Assembly: GCA_964016885.1 (NCBI GenBank)
Contig: OZ024740.1
Coordinates: 398,846,001-398,910,000 of the forward strand
DNA length: 64,000 nucleotides
Reading direction: 5' to 3'
Source: Eledone cirrhosa
Taxonomy: Eukaryota
The notes under the pieces are model-generated. The model was not told the origin of the DNA. It did not search any database and was given only the letters and a program-made list of their open reading frames with translations. Within the stretch, counting starts at the first letter, position 1. The number at the start of each line of letters is the position of its first letter. The position numbers and the translations under genes are program-made. Positions 63,307 through 64,000 of the stretch are shown here, piece after piece.

Positions 63307-63523
63307 ATTGTTATGAAGTTTGGATAAGAGAAAATGAATATTCAGCAAGTTTGGGCCTTTCTGGTGATTATTTCATGAAAGTTACACCAGGCTGCTTATT
63401 TTTAAAGAAAGAGTCAAGTAACAGCAACTATGAGTGGCCACTGTCTACATTAAAAAGGTTCTACGTCAAACCTCTGGTACCAAAAGACAATATGAACAAT
63501 ATTCTTATTATCGAAAGTGGATT
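63307..63523 (+). CDS. DOK-family adaptor, coding exon 3 (IRS-type PTB domain); gene continues beyond the window
   Basis: tctctttcag| acceptor; (N)CYEVWIRENEYSASLGLSGDYFMKVT...YEWPLSTLKRFY...ILIIESG resembles the WPLxxLRRYG..FEAGR motifs; TT|gtaagt donor, phase 2. Not in the ORF track. Confidence 0.88.
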
Positions 63524-63611
63524 GTAAGTATATTTTTGACTGTTGATGTTATTAATTGTCATCATCATCATTATCATCACCACCATCATCATCACCACCA
63601 CCACCACACAA

Positions 63612-63723
63612 TACAGCATAACTACCATACTACACTCTACACAACATGTTATAACTACAACACTACAGCATAACTACCATACTACACTCTACACAACATG
63701 TTATAACTACAACACTACAGCAT
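63612..63723. repeat. Exact 52-bp tandem duplication after a (CAT/CAC)n microsatellite
   Basis: TACAGCATAACTACCATACTACACTCTACACAACATGTTATAACTACAACAC occurs twice. Confidence 0.9.
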
Positions 63724-64000
63724 CTCATAACTAACACAGTACAGCCTACAGAACTCTGAGAGGGAGTGAGGGGGAAGTTAGTGGGAAGAACATGAAAGGA
63801 CGGAAAAAATAGAAATAAAAATAAATATAAAACATATATATATAAATCAATGCAATGAGAGAAGGCACATAATATATTATGTCAGATAACAAGGGATAAA
63901 GTACTACCCTGGTAAAGCACATAAAAACTATGGATGGAGTGGTAAATACAAATTAATAAAATAATCAAAGTGTACATAACTCCACTATAGCGATATATAC

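Overview
AT-rich animal genomic DNA with GT-AG introns. The repeat landscape suggests an octopus/cephalopod genome (inference). Two protein-coding genes lie on the + strand. (1) A complete NKRF-like gene: probable promoter and non-coding exons at about 0.96-7.4 kb, four coding exons at 19824-30482 that splice in frame to 1093 aa, and a long 3' UTR. The protein has a G/S/N/Q/Y- and RGG-rich N-terminus, four dsRBD-like folds, no recognisable G-patch and a degenerate R3H domain. (2) The 5' part of a DOK-family adaptor (PH + IRS-type PTB), with exons at 45583-45654, 55399-55711 and 63307-63523, running off the window end. The rest is a 2.4 kb TA/TG compound satellite plus mobile elements: tRNA-derived SINEs, RTE, CR1 and CRE-type LINE fragments, a Penelope-like element with a decayed hammerhead, piggyBac-, Merlin- and hAT-like MITEs, and a Helitron-like element. 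Best leads are the atypical multi-dsRBD NKRF paralogue, a possible splicing-controlled uORF switch in its 5' UTR, and several intronic hairpins in the same gene. Family assignments rest on motif recognition from memory; no searches were run.
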